Assembly (NCBI GenBank): GCA_034530615.2
Contig: JAVRCV020000059.1
Span: 92,813 to 156,812, forward strand
From: Aulosira sp. ZfuVER01
GTDB lineage: Bacteria; Cyanobacteriota; Cyanobacteriia; Cyanobacteriales; Nostocaceae
DNA: 64,000 nt
Reading direction: 5' to 3'
The notes under the pieces are model-generated. The model was not told the origin of the DNA. It saw only the letters and a list, made by a program, of their open reading frames with translations, and searched no databases. Positions 1 through 9,900 of this stretch are shown in pieces; the first letter of the stretch is position 1; the number at the start of each line of letters is the position of its first letter. Position numbers and translations under genes: made by a program.

Positions 1-711
1 TTTGCGTTATACCGCGACATTGTTGATCTTTTAGGAGAAGCTAACACCTTAAAAGCAATTGGCGATGTTTTGCAGTCCCAAGGAAGCAGTACTGAAGCCT
101 TAGAACGCTACGCAGCGTCATTGGAATTATACCGTCGGATTGGTGCTCGTCTTGGAGAAGCTAATACTTTACAGGCAATCGGTGATGTTTTGCAATCTCG
201 GGAAAATAGTGACGAAGCCTTAGAACGCTACGAAGCAGCATTGGAATTATACCGTCAGATTGGCGCTTGCTTAGGAGAAGCTAATACTTTACAGGCAATG
301 GGTGATGTCTTACGCTTCCTTAAGCGACACACCAAAGCTTTAGAGCGCTACGAAGAAGCATTGACATTATGTCGTCAAATCAGATATCGCTTGGGAGAAG
401 CTAATACTTTACAAGCTATAGGAATCTTACAAGAAAATTTAACTTCGGGTTTAACGTATTGTCAGGAAGCATTAAAATTGTATAACCAAATGAGTGATAA
501 GTATAGCCAAAGTCGGAATTTAATATACTTTACATCTGAAATTCTCTTAAAACTAGGACGACAACAAGAAGCATTAGATACCCTCCATCAAGCTATTGAT
601 CTTGCTAGTGAAATTCCCTATCAAAAATTGGTAAACGTTGCCTCAGAAAAAATTAGCGAAATCCACAGATCAGCACGGGATAATGCAAAGAGTGAGAGAC
701 GCGGAGATTAA
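1..711 (+). CDS. Tetratricopeptide-repeat protein, C-terminal part (5' end outside window)
   Basis: Frame is open from base 1 (FALYRDIVDLLGEANTLKAIGDVL...). Repeated ~40-aa units 'LGEANTLQAIGDVL...EALERYEAALELYRQIG'. Confidence 0.85.
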   Translation, partial: FALYRDIVDLLGEANTLKAIGDVLQSQGSSTEALERYAASLELYRRIGARLGEANTLQAIGDVLQSRENSDEALERYEAALELYRQIGACLGEANTLQAMGDVLRFLKRHTKALERYEEALTLCRQIRYRLGEANTLQAIGILQENLTSGLTYCQEALKLYNQMSDKYSQSRNLIYFTSEILLKLGRQQEALDTLHQAIDLASEIPYQKLVNVASEKISEIHRSARDNAKSERRGD

Positions 712-803
712 TGTTTAACCAAATTTTAGAGAAATAGTATAAGAACATGAATGATTTAGAATTGCATTAACCGTAATTACAATCATGCAATGTGTTTGTT
801 GAT

Positions 804-1664
804 TTACTTTTCTACCATTTCTTTCTTCTTCTGCGGTGTAAATATCCCGTGTCGAGGACTAAATAATAATGCCAATACAAATAATCCCGATACTACTAAA
901 ACGATCGCGGGGCCGGAGGGTAAGTTATAAAAGTAGCTGAGGTACATTCCACTAATACTAGAAATTACGCCGATAACTGCACCCAAAATCATGACTTGGT
1001 TTAAGCGTTTAACTAATAAATAGGCGGTAGCACCTGGGGTAATTAATAGTGAAAGTACAAGAATCACACCTACAGCTTTCATGCTGGCGACAATTGTTAA
1101 CGCAATTAGCAGCATTAATCCAAAGTTCAGCCGATTTACTGGTAAACCTGCGGCTTGTGCGCCTAAGGGGTCAAAAGTGTAAAATAAAAGTTCTTTATAT
1201 AACAAAACTACAACTAATAAAACAATCGCGGCAATGATGGCAGTGTCTCTGACTTCATCAATAGTAACGCCAAGAATATTACCGAAAAGAAAGTGATTGA
1301 GGTCGATTTTGTTATCTTTTTGAATGACGGTAATTAGAGTAATACCAAGGGCAAAAAATGCCGAGAAAACTATGCCCATTGCGGCATCTTCTTTAATTGG
1401 CGATCGCGTTCTAATTACTGCGATCGCCATTGTACTAAGAACGCCGGCAATAAATGCGCCAACAAATATATTCCCTCCCACCATAAAAGCGATCGCTAGT
1501 CCTGGCAAAACTGAGTGACTGATGGCATCACCAAGTAATGCCAATCGCTGTACCATTAAGTAGCTGCCAACAACTGCACACAATAAGCCGACTAAAATCG
1601 CAATCACTAGCGATCGCTGCATAAAGCCATATTGTAATGGCTCGATTAATGCTTGAAATGTCAT
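804..1664 (-). CDS. mntB: Mn/Zn ABC transporter permease
   Basis: Hydrophobic ABC-3 permease motifs 'LLGDAISHSVLPG', 'HFLFGNILG', 'FDP'; lies in operon with the ATPase. Confidence 0.9.
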   Translation of the reverse strand: MTFQALIEPLQYGFMQRSLVIAILVGLLCAVVGSYLMVQRLALLGDAISHSVLPGLAIAFMVGGNIFVGAFIAGVLSTMAIAVIRTRSPIKEDAAMGIVFSAFFALGITLITVIQKDNKIDLNHFLFGNILGVTIDEVRDTAIIAAIVLLVVVLLYKELLFYTFDPLGAQAAGLPVNRLNFGLMLLIALTIVASMKAVGVILVLSLLITPGATAYLLVKRLNQVMILGAVIGVISSISGMYLSYFYNLPSGPAIVLVVSGLFVLALLFSPRHGIFTPQKKKEMVEK

Positions 1665-1723
1665 TTGTTATTTGTCATTTGTAATTTGTCAGGCACAGGA
1701 ATTTCCTTTTTCCTTTTCCCTTT

Positions 1724-2551
1724 TTATGCTGCATCAGAAAAGTACATTACTTTACCACCATAAGCACTGTGTAAGTTTTCTTCGGTGAGTACTTGCTGCC
1801 GTGAACCTGTGGCTATTAATTCCCGGTTTAATAATATTAAATCATCAAAGTGGGCTATCGATTCCCCTAAGTCGTGGTTGACTACTAAGACAATTTTGCC
1901 TGCGGTTGCAAGTTCATGAAAGACTTCAAATACTACTGTCTGAGTCTTCTGATCGATACCTACTAATGGTTCATCAAAGCAGAAAATTTCTGCTTGCTGG
2001 GTTAAAGCACGGGCTAAAAATACTCGTTGCTGCTGTCCTCCAGAAAGTTCTCCAATGGGGCGATCGCGAAATTGGTTCATCCCCACTCTTTCTAAAGCAT
2101 TATTTGCTACTTGGCGGCTAACTGCGGAAAAGCTACGCAACCATCCTGTTTTTTTGACCCTTCCCATCATTACTACATCCCAGACTGTAGCAGGGTAAGT
2201 CCAATCTATTTGGCTGCGCTGTGGTACATAAGCAACTTTCTCTAGTTGCTGCATTAACGGTTTACCTTGGTATAAGACATTACCACTAATTGGAGTAACT
2301 AAGCCTAACATGGCTTTCATTAAAGTACTTTTACCAGCACCATTGGGGCCAAAAATACCTGTAAGTCTACCAGGTTCAATAAAACAGTTGACATCTCTCA
2401 AAGCTTCTTGTGTGCGGTAGTGTACCCCAAGATGGGTGATGCTAATTCCTTGTGTAGATTTCATTTCATGAGTTTTGATTGCTTGTGTAGATATTTCCCT
2501 AGTTTGCCTCGGTGCTAGGCTCATCTTTTTGTAAAAAGAGATACTCTTCAT
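1724..2551 (-). CDS. mntA: Mn/Zn ABC transporter ATP-binding subunit (true start may be a downstream Met)
   Basis: Walker A GPNGAGKST, signature LSGGQQQR, Walker B FCFDEP, 'YVPQR'. Confidence 0.9.
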   Translation of the reverse strand: MKSISFYKKMSLAPRQTREISTQAIKTHEMKSTQGISITHLGVHYRTQEALRDVNCFIEPGRLTGIFGPNGAGKSTLMKAMLGLVTPISGNVLYQGKPLMQQLEKVAYVPQRSQIDWTYPATVWDVVMMGRVKKTGWLRSFSAVSRQVANNALERVGMNQFRDRPIGELSGGQQQRVFLARALTQQAEIFCFDEPLVGIDQKTQTVVFEVFHELATAGKIVLVVNHDLGESIAHFDDLILLNRELIATGSRQQVLTEENLHSAYGGKVMYFSDAA

Positions 2552-2591
2552 AATATTGTTTTAATATTTCATTCTTTGAGCTTACTATAAA

Positions 2592-2610
2592 AATGAGAAA
2601 AATATGAAAA
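2592..2610 (+). promoter_or_regulatory. Putative ManR-type direct-repeat operator in the divergent mntA/mntC promoter
   Basis: AATGAGAA-AAA-TATGAAAA matches the (T/A)ATGA(G/A)A(A/G)-N3 direct repeat that I recall for cyanobacterial ManR. Confidence 0.65.
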
Positions 2611-2641
2611 AATCTATAGTGAGAAGTAATATTACAGATAA

Positions 2642-3655
2642 ATGAAACTAATGCTTGGGATAGACATGAGTAGTTGGAGTAAAGCGAAGGTAAATAAAAT
2701 CAACAAGAATATTGTTTCGCAGATATGCCTGGGAATGCTTCTACCTTTGGCTTTATTTGGTTGTAGCCAACCGACTGAAGGTAACAATCCTCAGGGAAAT
2801 GGTAAACCGAAGGTTGTTGCAACCAGCACAATCATTGCTGATTTAACACAAGAAATTGCGGGAGAGGAAATTCAGCTAACTGGAATTCTCAAACCAGGTA
2901 CAGATCCCCATGTTTACGAACCAGTACCAGCAGACAGCCGGGTTTTAGAAGAAGCTAAATTGATTTTGTATAACGGCTACAACCTGGAACCGGGATTGAT
3001 TAAGTTAATGAATGCTGCTGGTGGAAGAGTAAAGCGGTTAGCAGTGGGAGAAGTTGTCAAACCTTTGGAGTTAGATAAAGGGAAAGGCGAAATAGTCCCA
3101 GATCCTCATGTTTGGGGTAGTGCAGAAAATGCGATCGCAATGGTAACTGTAATTCGTGATGGTTTAATTGAGCTATTACCAGAAGATAAAGCGAAATTTA
3201 CGCAGAATGCAGCGCAACTCACCAATGAATTAAAGCAGTTGCATAGCTGGATTAATCAACAAATCCAAACTATCCCAGCAGATAAACGCAAACTTGTGAC
3301 AACGCACGATGCCTTTCAATATTATGGACGTGCTTATCAAATAGCGATCGCGGGTACATTAATCGGTATCAGCACCGAAGAACAACCAAGCGCCCAAACA
3401 GTACAGCGATTGGTAGAGTCAATTAAAAAAATCGGTGTTAGTTCAATTTTTGCTGAAACCACAATCAATCCCGCTTTAATCAAGACTGTAGCCCAAGAAG
3501 CCGGAGTGAAACTAGCACCACATCAACTCTACTCTGACTCAATTGGCGCAAAAGGTAGTGAAGGCGATACTTATATTAAAATGATGGAGGCGAATACCCG
3601 CACCATTGTTGAAGCGCTAGGGGGCAAATATACGCCTTTTAAAGCAAATAAGTGA
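2642..3655 (+). CDS. mntC: Mn/Zn ABC transporter substrate-binding lipoprotein (cluster A-I)
   Basis: Lipobox LFGC; metal motifs DPHVYEP, DPHVW, THDAF, YSDS. Confidence 0.9.
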   Translation: MKLMLGIDMSSWSKAKVNKINKNIVSQICLGMLLPLALFGCSQPTEGNNPQGNGKPKVVATSTIIADLTQEIAGEEIQLTGILKPGTDPHVYEPVPADSRVLEEAKLILYNGYNLEPGLIKLMNAAGGRVKRLAVGEVVKPLELDKGKGEIVPDPHVWGSAENAIAMVTVIRDGLIELLPEDKAKFTQNAAQLTNELKQLHSWINQQIQTIPADKRKLVTTHDAFQYYGRAYQIAIAGTLIGISTEEQPSAQTVQRLVESIKKIGVSSIFAETTINPALIKTVAQEAGVKLAPHQLYSDSIGAKGSEGDTYIKMMEANTRTIVEALGGKYTPFKANK

Positions 3656-3934
3656 ATCTATCTTTGAGGATAGCAAAAGAGCGATCGCGGCAATTTAAAC
3701 TTATCAAAATAGTTTTAGGCTTGAGTTTGGTTAAAACAGAATATTTGAGAAAAAATAAATATTAACTATTCCTCAAGCAAGAAGTTTTTGCAAAAACTGA
3801 TAGCCAATATATAACCTCAGATATGCGCCTATTTGTTGAAAGTTATAAACTCCCTCTAGAGAAAGAATTATTCAGGCATTTTATTTTCTAAATTGAGGTT
3901 AGTAAATGCAAAGTTTAAAACCCCCACAATAGCT

Positions 3935-4264
3935 ATGACTAACGAACCTAAAGAGCAAATTCATCAACCAGTAAGCAAAGATTGGCACTCTGACGACGAA
4001 CCAAACGTAAAAGAAAGAAACTTAACTGCCAATCCCGGAGATAGAATTGCTGACGAACCCCAGTCAGTGGAAGAGAAGGCTAAACAAGTGGCTGTAGATT
4101 CACCGGATATTACAGGCGATCAGATTACAGTTCCTACCTACTTTGTTGTTGATGAACCAAATGGTGAAAAGAAAGCACTCCACCATGTGAAAGACGCTGA
4201 AGAGATTTCTGATGTAATTAGACAAGCACGAGTTGACGAAAACGGCAATCGGATTTGGTGGTAA
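3935..4264 (+). CDS. Hypothetical acidic protein (start taken at ATG 3935)
   Basis: 109-aa ORF ending 'RIWW', followed by a hairpin plus T-tract. Confidence 0.7.
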   Translation: MTNEPKEQIHQPVSKDWHSDDEPNVKERNLTANPGDRIADEPQSVEEKAKQVAVDSPDITGDQITVPTYFVVDEPNGEKKALHHVKDAEEISDVIRQARVDENGNRIWW

Positions 4265-4277
4265 TTTAACTTCCTAG

Positions 4278-4298
4278 GGTGGGCATTGCCCACCTTTT
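4278..4298 (+). repeat. GGTGGGCATTGCCCACC palindrome (second copy 11194-11210), probable terminator
   Basis: Perfect inverted repeat followed by TTTT between convergent genes; identical core at 11194. Confidence 0.7.
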
Positions 4299-4323
4299 AA
4301 AATATTAATTTTTTCCCATTTAT

Positions 4324-4794
4324 TTACGATGCATCTGCTATCTTGCGTTTGAAGTCGTAAGATACTTGCAATAATCCAGAGTCATAGGTTTTCACATCTT
4401 TCAACTCAAGTATTGTTTCTATATTGGGATCTTTCAAAATCAGGGGAATACCATCTTCTAAAATAATCGGGTGGATCGAGAGAATCAATTCATCAATTAA
4501 GCTGTGAATCATAAAATCATGAATTATCTGTCCTCCCCCAACAAATTCTACATTGTTATCTGTTTTACCTTGTAGAGTATTGGAGAAAACAAAACCTTTC
4601 TTACCTTTGTATGGGTATTCTCCAAATCCCAGCAATTGATGATATGTTTTGCTACCTATAAGTACTGTGTCAACTTATGCAAAAAACTCAGTGTAACCGT
4701 AGTCTTGGTCTGTAAATAACCAATCAACCTCTCCTGATTTTCTCGCAATATATCCGTCCAAGCTAGAGGCAATAAACAACTGTATTTTGCGCAT
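4324..4794 (-). pseudogene. Dihydrofolate-reductase/RibD-C family pseudogene
   Basis: ATG at 4794 reads MRKIQLFIASSLDGYIAR...YTEFFA*VDTVLIGSKTY, with an in-frame TAA at 4675-4677; apparent internal deletion before 'VGGGQII'. Confidence 0.85.
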
Positions 4795-4837
4795 AATCTT
4801 CTCTGCATATCTGTGCTTCTATATCCGTTCAATTAAC

Positions 4838-4904
4838 TGTCATTGCGACCGTAGGGAAGCAATCCCAAAAACTCTATGATTGCGTCGTTTTACTCGCAAT
4901 GACA
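4838..4904. repeat. Palindromic dispersed element TGTCATTGCGA...GAAGCAATC...GATTGC...TCGCAATGACA
   Basis: 11-bp terminal inverted repeats with an inner GCAATC/GATTGC stem. Confidence 0.75.
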
Positions 4905-4978
4905 TCATCATGATTTATTGTTCGGCTAATCCTGCGTCAGTTATTAATAACGGGACTTAAACATTAGCCAAAGCCTTA

Positions 4979-6502
4979 CTAAAAAATTAAACGATTCCCT
5001 TTCTTACGGCGTTTAATTTCAGCCTGAATAGCATTAACCACAGTTTCAATCACCTTGACTCTGGCATAGTATTTATCATTGGCAGCAACGATTGTCCAAG
5101 GAGCAGTTGGGGTAGTGGTACGTTGAATTGCTTGATTAACTGCTACTTCGTAGTAAGGCCACTTTTCCCGATTACGCCAGTCTTCATCGGTGAGTTTGTA
5201 CTGTTTAAAGGGATCATTTTGGCGCTCAGTAAAGCGCTGGAGTTGTTCCTCTTGGCTAATGTGCAGCCAGAACTTCACTAAAACGTAGCCAGCAGTTGTT
5301 AACTGGGCTTCAAATTCATTAATTTCTTGGTAAGCTCTGCGCCACTCTGTTTCCACAGCCAATCCTTCGACTCGCTCAACTAACACTCGCCCATACCAAG
5401 AACGGTCAAAAATTCCAATGGTGCCAGTGGTGGGTAGCCGCCGCCAAAATCGCCAAAGATAATGATAAGCTTTTTCTTCATCTGTGGGCGCAGCAAAGGG
5501 ATGAACGTAGTAACTACGGGGGTCAAGGATATCTGTAAGACGTTTAATTGCTCCGCCTTTACCAGCTGCATCCCAACCTTCAAACATTACCAACACAGGA
5601 ATTTGATGCTTGTGGATACTTAACTGTAACTGACGCAGTTGTATCTGTTCTCTCGCTAATTGCTCATCGTAGTCTACTTCTGAAAGACTTTGACTCAAAT
5701 CAATCTGTGCTAATAAGTCTGGCTCTGTGGGTTCTAAATGAGACTGTGCAGGTAGACTAGGGGCAGGAAGCTGGATTTGCAGTCGATCTAAAGCAACAGT
5801 TAAAGTGGCTGCTAGATGGGTTAGCACCTTTACCCGTGCCCAGCGTTGTGAGTCACCTTCTACTAAAGTCCAGGGAGAACTGCCAGTACTGGTTTGTACC
5901 AGCATCTCTTCAGCCAAAGTTGTATAGCGGCTGTAGTGTTTTTCTTGTTGCCAGTCTTCTTTGCGCACCCGCCAAGCCGTTAGGGGATCTTTGGCATATT
6001 CTTTCAAGCGACTTTTTAATTCTTTACGGCTGAGATGCAACCAAAATTTGGCGATCGCTACCCCATTATCAACCATCTGTCGCTCAAAGGAGTTGATTTG
6101 CGCCATTAATGTTGGAACTTGGGCGGGTGCTACTCGCTCAAATAGCCGATCTTCTAGGACATGGGTATACCAACTGTGATAAAAAATGCTAATTGCGCCT
6201 TGGGCTGGTAGTTTGTCCCAGAATCTCCACAGAAATGGGTATTGTCGTTCCTCTGGAGTCGCAGCCCAGATCGGATGGACTTTAAACCCACGCGGATCGA
6301 TGTAGGAAACCATCTGCTTCACCAGCCCACCTTTGCCAGAAGCCGCCCACCCTTCTAAGACAACAATCACAGGTAGTTTTTTTTCCCAACAGGCATTTTG
6401 CAGCGTCCGGAGTTGATGCATGAGCCTATCAATCTCAGATTTATAGGTTGCTTTTTCCAAAGTTAGGCTCAAATCTAATGTATCCAGCATAAAAAATTTC
6501 AC
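4979..6502 (-). CDS. pap: Polyphosphate:AMP phosphotransferase (two-domain PPK2)
   Basis: Two PPK2 domains (EGWAASGKGG and EGWDAAGKGG), DRSWYGRVLVERV, WT.V...KYYARV. Confidence 0.9.
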   Translation of the reverse strand: MKFFMLDTLDLSLTLEKATYKSEIDRLMHQLRTLQNACWEKKLPVIVVLEGWAASGKGGLVKQMVSYIDPRGFKVHPIWAATPEERQYPFLWRFWDKLPAQGAISIFYHSWYTHVLEDRLFERVAPAQVPTLMAQINSFERQMVDNGVAIAKFWLHLSRKELKSRLKEYAKDPLTAWRVRKEDWQQEKHYSRYTTLAEEMLVQTSTGSSPWTLVEGDSQRWARVKVLTHLAATLTVALDRLQIQLPAPSLPAQSHLEPTEPDLLAQIDLSQSLSEVDYDEQLAREQIQLRQLQLSIHKHQIPVLVMFEGWDAAGKGGAIKRLTDILDPRSYYVHPFAAPTDEEKAYHYLWRFWRRLPTTGTIGIFDRSWYGRVLVERVEGLAVETEWRRAYQEINEFEAQLTTAGYVLVKFWLHISQEEQLQRFTERQNDPFKQYKLTDEDWRNREKWPYYEVAVNQAIQRTTTPTAPWTIVAANDKYYARVKVIETVVNAIQAEIKRRKKGNRLIF

Positions 6503-6730
6503 ATATAAGCATTGCTGAACTATAGATAATATGCGGAAAACCCTGGAAATGCTGATAAACAGATGATGAAATATAAACTTGTTAACAGTTATTAGGAATT
6601 TCGCTTCAGGCTCGTGACACTATAATTAGCAGCTGTCTTTCTGCTAAAAACCGGAAAAAAGTAGTAGTGGGATTCACTCAACTACAAATGGCTATCAGAG
6701 CAAAGTATTCTCTATAAAAGTGGTAAGCAC

Positions 6731-7960
6731 ATGACTGAAACACCAATTAATGTGAGGTTTCCTCAAGGGCGCACAGCTTTTTTACTGATCCACGGTATCG
6801 GACAACAAGATCCTTATGAAACTGTAGACTATTTTGCTCAGAACTTGCTCAAATATTTAGAAGAGCAGAAATTACCAATAGATCTAGAACACTACATTGC
6901 TAGGCGGAAACTTTCAAATGGTAGTGGATGGACGGAAAGCTTTGTGAGATTAAGCCCAACGGACAATGAACAACAGGGGTTCATTGATGTTCACGAATAT
7001 TATTGGGCACCTGATACAGAAAAGAAAATCACTGTGCCCGAAATTTTGCAATGGGCAGAGCAAACACTTGAGGGCACAATCGAGTTTTACAACCGCCCAC
7101 AGAACAAAGATTTGTTAGAGCAGCTTTTGGAAAACCAAAATCGCACAGGCTTCTTTAAATTTCGCTGGCGATCGCTCACTATATTCCTGCGTATATTTAA
7201 CTTTATCTACCCTGTATTGCGACTGGCAATGTTATTGGTTCTGTGGTTAGCAGGCCCATTTCTCAAAGGACATTATCTTCAATCAGCGTGGAAACTTAGT
7301 AAAAAGCTCATAACTCCACCTTTAATTGATTTTGTCGGAGATATTGCTATCTACACTAAAACCGATCTCAAATCGCCTTACCAAAAAATTCGCCAACAGG
7401 TGATTTCAGATTGCTCAACATTAGTTCAAGAACTATTGCAAGATCAGCAAGCTGATTACGACCAAGTCATCATCGCTGGACACTCACTAGGTAGCTGTAT
7501 TGCCTACGATACATTAAATCTTCTGTGTATTGAGTCTAGTCTTGCTCCAGACTTGGGTAAAAGTATGCGTATCGATAAGCTCAAAGGACTAATTACCTTT
7601 GGTTCCCCATTAGATAAAATCGCCTTTTTCTTCCGAAATGTGGCACAGGAACAGCAGTACATTCGACGGCGGATTATCGAACATCTTAACTCTTTTCGCG
7701 TGAAACCAGAATTGATTCGCAAAAGCCAATACTTATGCAAAAACCCGGTGGTTTGCCAACTTGAGCATATTTCTTGGATCAATTATTACCACTTAAAAGA
7801 TCCAATTAGCGGTAATTTAGATTACTACGCAAACCTCAAAAATGAGGAAATGAAAACTCAAACACGTTGGGGAACTGATGGACATCTCTGTTACTGGACT
7901 GATATGAAGTTCTATGAAAGCATTGCCAATCACTTCCTTTATATTTCCAATGACAAATAG
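6731..7960 (+). CDS. Alpha/beta-hydrolase-fold protein with a hydrophobic insert
   Basis: IHGIGQQ, nucleophile elbow GHSLGS, ITFGSPL, DPISG, C-terminal H..YW. Confidence 0.7.
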   Translation: MTETPINVRFPQGRTAFLLIHGIGQQDPYETVDYFAQNLLKYLEEQKLPIDLEHYIARRKLSNGSGWTESFVRLSPTDNEQQGFIDVHEYYWAPDTEKKITVPEILQWAEQTLEGTIEFYNRPQNKDLLEQLLENQNRTGFFKFRWRSLTIFLRIFNFIYPVLRLAMLLVLWLAGPFLKGHYLQSAWKLSKKLITPPLIDFVGDIAIYTKTDLKSPYQKIRQQVISDCSTLVQELLQDQQADYDQVIIAGHSLGSCIAYDTLNLLCIESSLAPDLGKSMRIDKLKGLITFGSPLDKIAFFFRNVAQEQQYIRRRIIEHLNSFRVKPELIRKSQYLCKNPVVCQLEHISWINYYHLKDPISGNLDYYANLKNEEMKTQTRWGTDGHLCYWTDMKFYESIANHFLYISNDK

Positions 7961-8077
7961 TTAAATTAAATTCTGCTGGAGCGAATCTGTTGTGGCACAG
8001 ATTCGCTACATTGCTAAACTAACCATTGTCACTTTTAATTAGTTATTACTAGAAAGGTATTTTGGGAGGTAGCAATA

Positions 8078-9127
8078 ATGACTCAGTATAAAAAGATTTT
8101 TGATTCAAAACAGACTACAGAAGAATCATTGAGTCCAGAAGAAGCAGTAGCAGCGATCGCAGTTATCACCGCGATCGCTGATTCTTCTATAGAAGAGGTA
8201 GATGCAGAAGCTTTAGCCACGATTCTCTGGGATTTTGAGGTGTTTGAGGAATATTCAGAAGAAGAAATCACAGATATAGTTCAAAGACTTTTAGAGATTG
8301 CCCAAGAAGATGGACTCGGTGCTTTGTTTAATACCGCTAGTGCAGCCCTTTCCGATGACATCGTGCTAGATGCTTACGCGGCGGGTGCGATCGTACTGAT
8401 CGATGAAGAATTGGTTATTCCCAAACAAAAACAAACTTATCTCAAAGAGTTACAACAAGCCCTAGATTTAGAAGATGAAGAAGCAGAAGAAATTATCCAA
8501 GAAGTAATTGCTGCTTTTGAAGAAGGAGAAAATCTAGAATTCCTTGATGACGAAGTTGAAATTAGCTTAGTGGAAGACTATGGCGATGAGGTATATGAAT
8601 CGCCTTTAGAAAATTTTACAGTTCCAATTCCTGTTAAAGCAGAGCAAGGGGGCAAAATTCAAAGCCAAGAAGGTGTAGTGGGGTTTTCTGATGACATTGG
8701 CACTTTACTGAGAATAGATTATTATCCGATTCCTCCAGAACATGAAGAAGAAATGGAATCTGTAGGACAAGAAGAATATCTGCAAACAATTTTAGTAGAC
8801 AGGTATGTACCTCAGGCAATTTTTGCCAATGTACCCAATGCTCAAATCAAGTATGCTGAATATTTGGAAGATACACTCGCTGGGGCTTACTATGTGTTAG
8901 TTGATATGCCACAGGGGTCAACAATTTCCAAGCAAGAAAATAATGGGGCTGCTACCAGATTAGATGCGTACCGAGGGTTACTGACTTTTATTAAGGCTGA
9001 CTTTTTATATATAGTTAGCAATCAACACAGCTTTTTTCACGGCGAAACTCCTGGTACGCTAGAAGAAGAAGCTAAAAGTATCAAAGACAAGATTTTAGAT
9101 TTTGTTGGCAGTATACAGTTCATTTAA
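8078..9127 (+). CDS. TerB-like domain protein with very acidic C-terminal extension
   Basis: N-terminus 'LSPEEAVAAIAVITAIAD' resembles the TerB-like ORF at 62849; GGAGG RBS upstream. Confidence 0.7.
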   Translation: MTQYKKIFDSKQTTEESLSPEEAVAAIAVITAIADSSIEEVDAEALATILWDFEVFEEYSEEEITDIVQRLLEIAQEDGLGALFNTASAALSDDIVLDAYAAGAIVLIDEELVIPKQKQTYLKELQQALDLEDEEAEEIIQEVIAAFEEGENLEFLDDEVEISLVEDYGDEVYESPLENFTVPIPVKAEQGGKIQSQEGVVGFSDDIGTLLRIDYYPIPPEHEEEMESVGQEEYLQTILVDRYVPQAIFANVPNAQIKYAEYLEDTLAGAYYVLVDMPQGSTISKQENNGAATRLDAYRGLLTFIKADFLYIVSNQHSFFHGETPGTLEEEAKSIKDKILDFVGSIQFI

Positions 9128-9222
9128 CCAAATCGCGGTAGTTAGCCATTTGTCGTTTGTACACAAATGGAGTTAGTGAGAGCTTGAGAGAATGAGAAAT
9201 AGCCTAACACACCATCAAATGC

Positions 9223-9251
9223 GGTGCGTTAGGCTAAAGCCATAACGCACC
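9223..9251. repeat. GGTGCGTTA...TAACGCACC small dispersed palindrome (related copies near 28288-28315 and 52658-52685)
   Basis: Inverted repeat seen in several intergenic regions. Confidence 0.7.
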
Positions 9252-9332
9252 ATACTGGCTGAGACTTCCATTCCTACAAGGGTTGGCAACGAAGCGGGGA
9301 GATCAAAGGTGGGTAACGATCGGGCAGTCCTT

Positions 9333-9490
9333 CACGCCAGGTTTTGGCATCACCAAGTCTAAAAACCAATTTCCCTTGCGCAATCGCTCAAGTCGAGCCA
9401 GCCGCTTGCGGGGGTTCCCCCCGTTGTGCGGACTGGCGTGGGAAACCCGCCCACACGACTGGCTCCCCCATGCCCCATGCCCCATGCCCC
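9333..9490. repeat. Composite, nested small dispersed repeat plus (CCCCATG)n heptamer tract
   Basis: Shares segments with 23261-23293 and 39262-39306; CCCCATG x3 at the 3' end. Confidence 0.7.
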
Positions 9491-9900
9491 TATTTCAAGT
9501 TAGTTTAATTAGCAAATCGCTTTAGAAAAAATCTTTCGACATAATCCGTAATAGAGGAAGATGCTTTTGTAGTTGCCTATACCGTGACGAAAGATATAGG
9601 ACAAAAGTCAGATGTTTGTGGATAAATGTCAAGATTTATTCAATTTAAAAAATAAAAATAATTTTGTATCCTTACCGCTTACATCACCCGATTGGGTGAC
9701 TCTGTAGGGTGAAGCAGCAGATAGCTTTAGGGCGATATTGTAAGACTGCGATCGCAAACTATATAAAAATTTTCAGTTTTGGGAATTTTTTTTACCGGAC
9801 AATATAAATCAAACCAATGAGGGAGCCTTGCATTACAACTACTTAGTTAAGTTTATGTAAGTGCTGAGAGAGTAGTTAGTTTTTTAACAGGAGAAGTCGG

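Noticed and set aside
9283..9525. ORFs of 80 and 60 aa on both strands
   Set aside because: They are composed of dispersed repeat and heptamer sequence.
9569..9582. GTA-N8-TAC NtcA-like site
   Set aside because: No properly spaced TAN3T -10 box; a single match like this is expected by chance.
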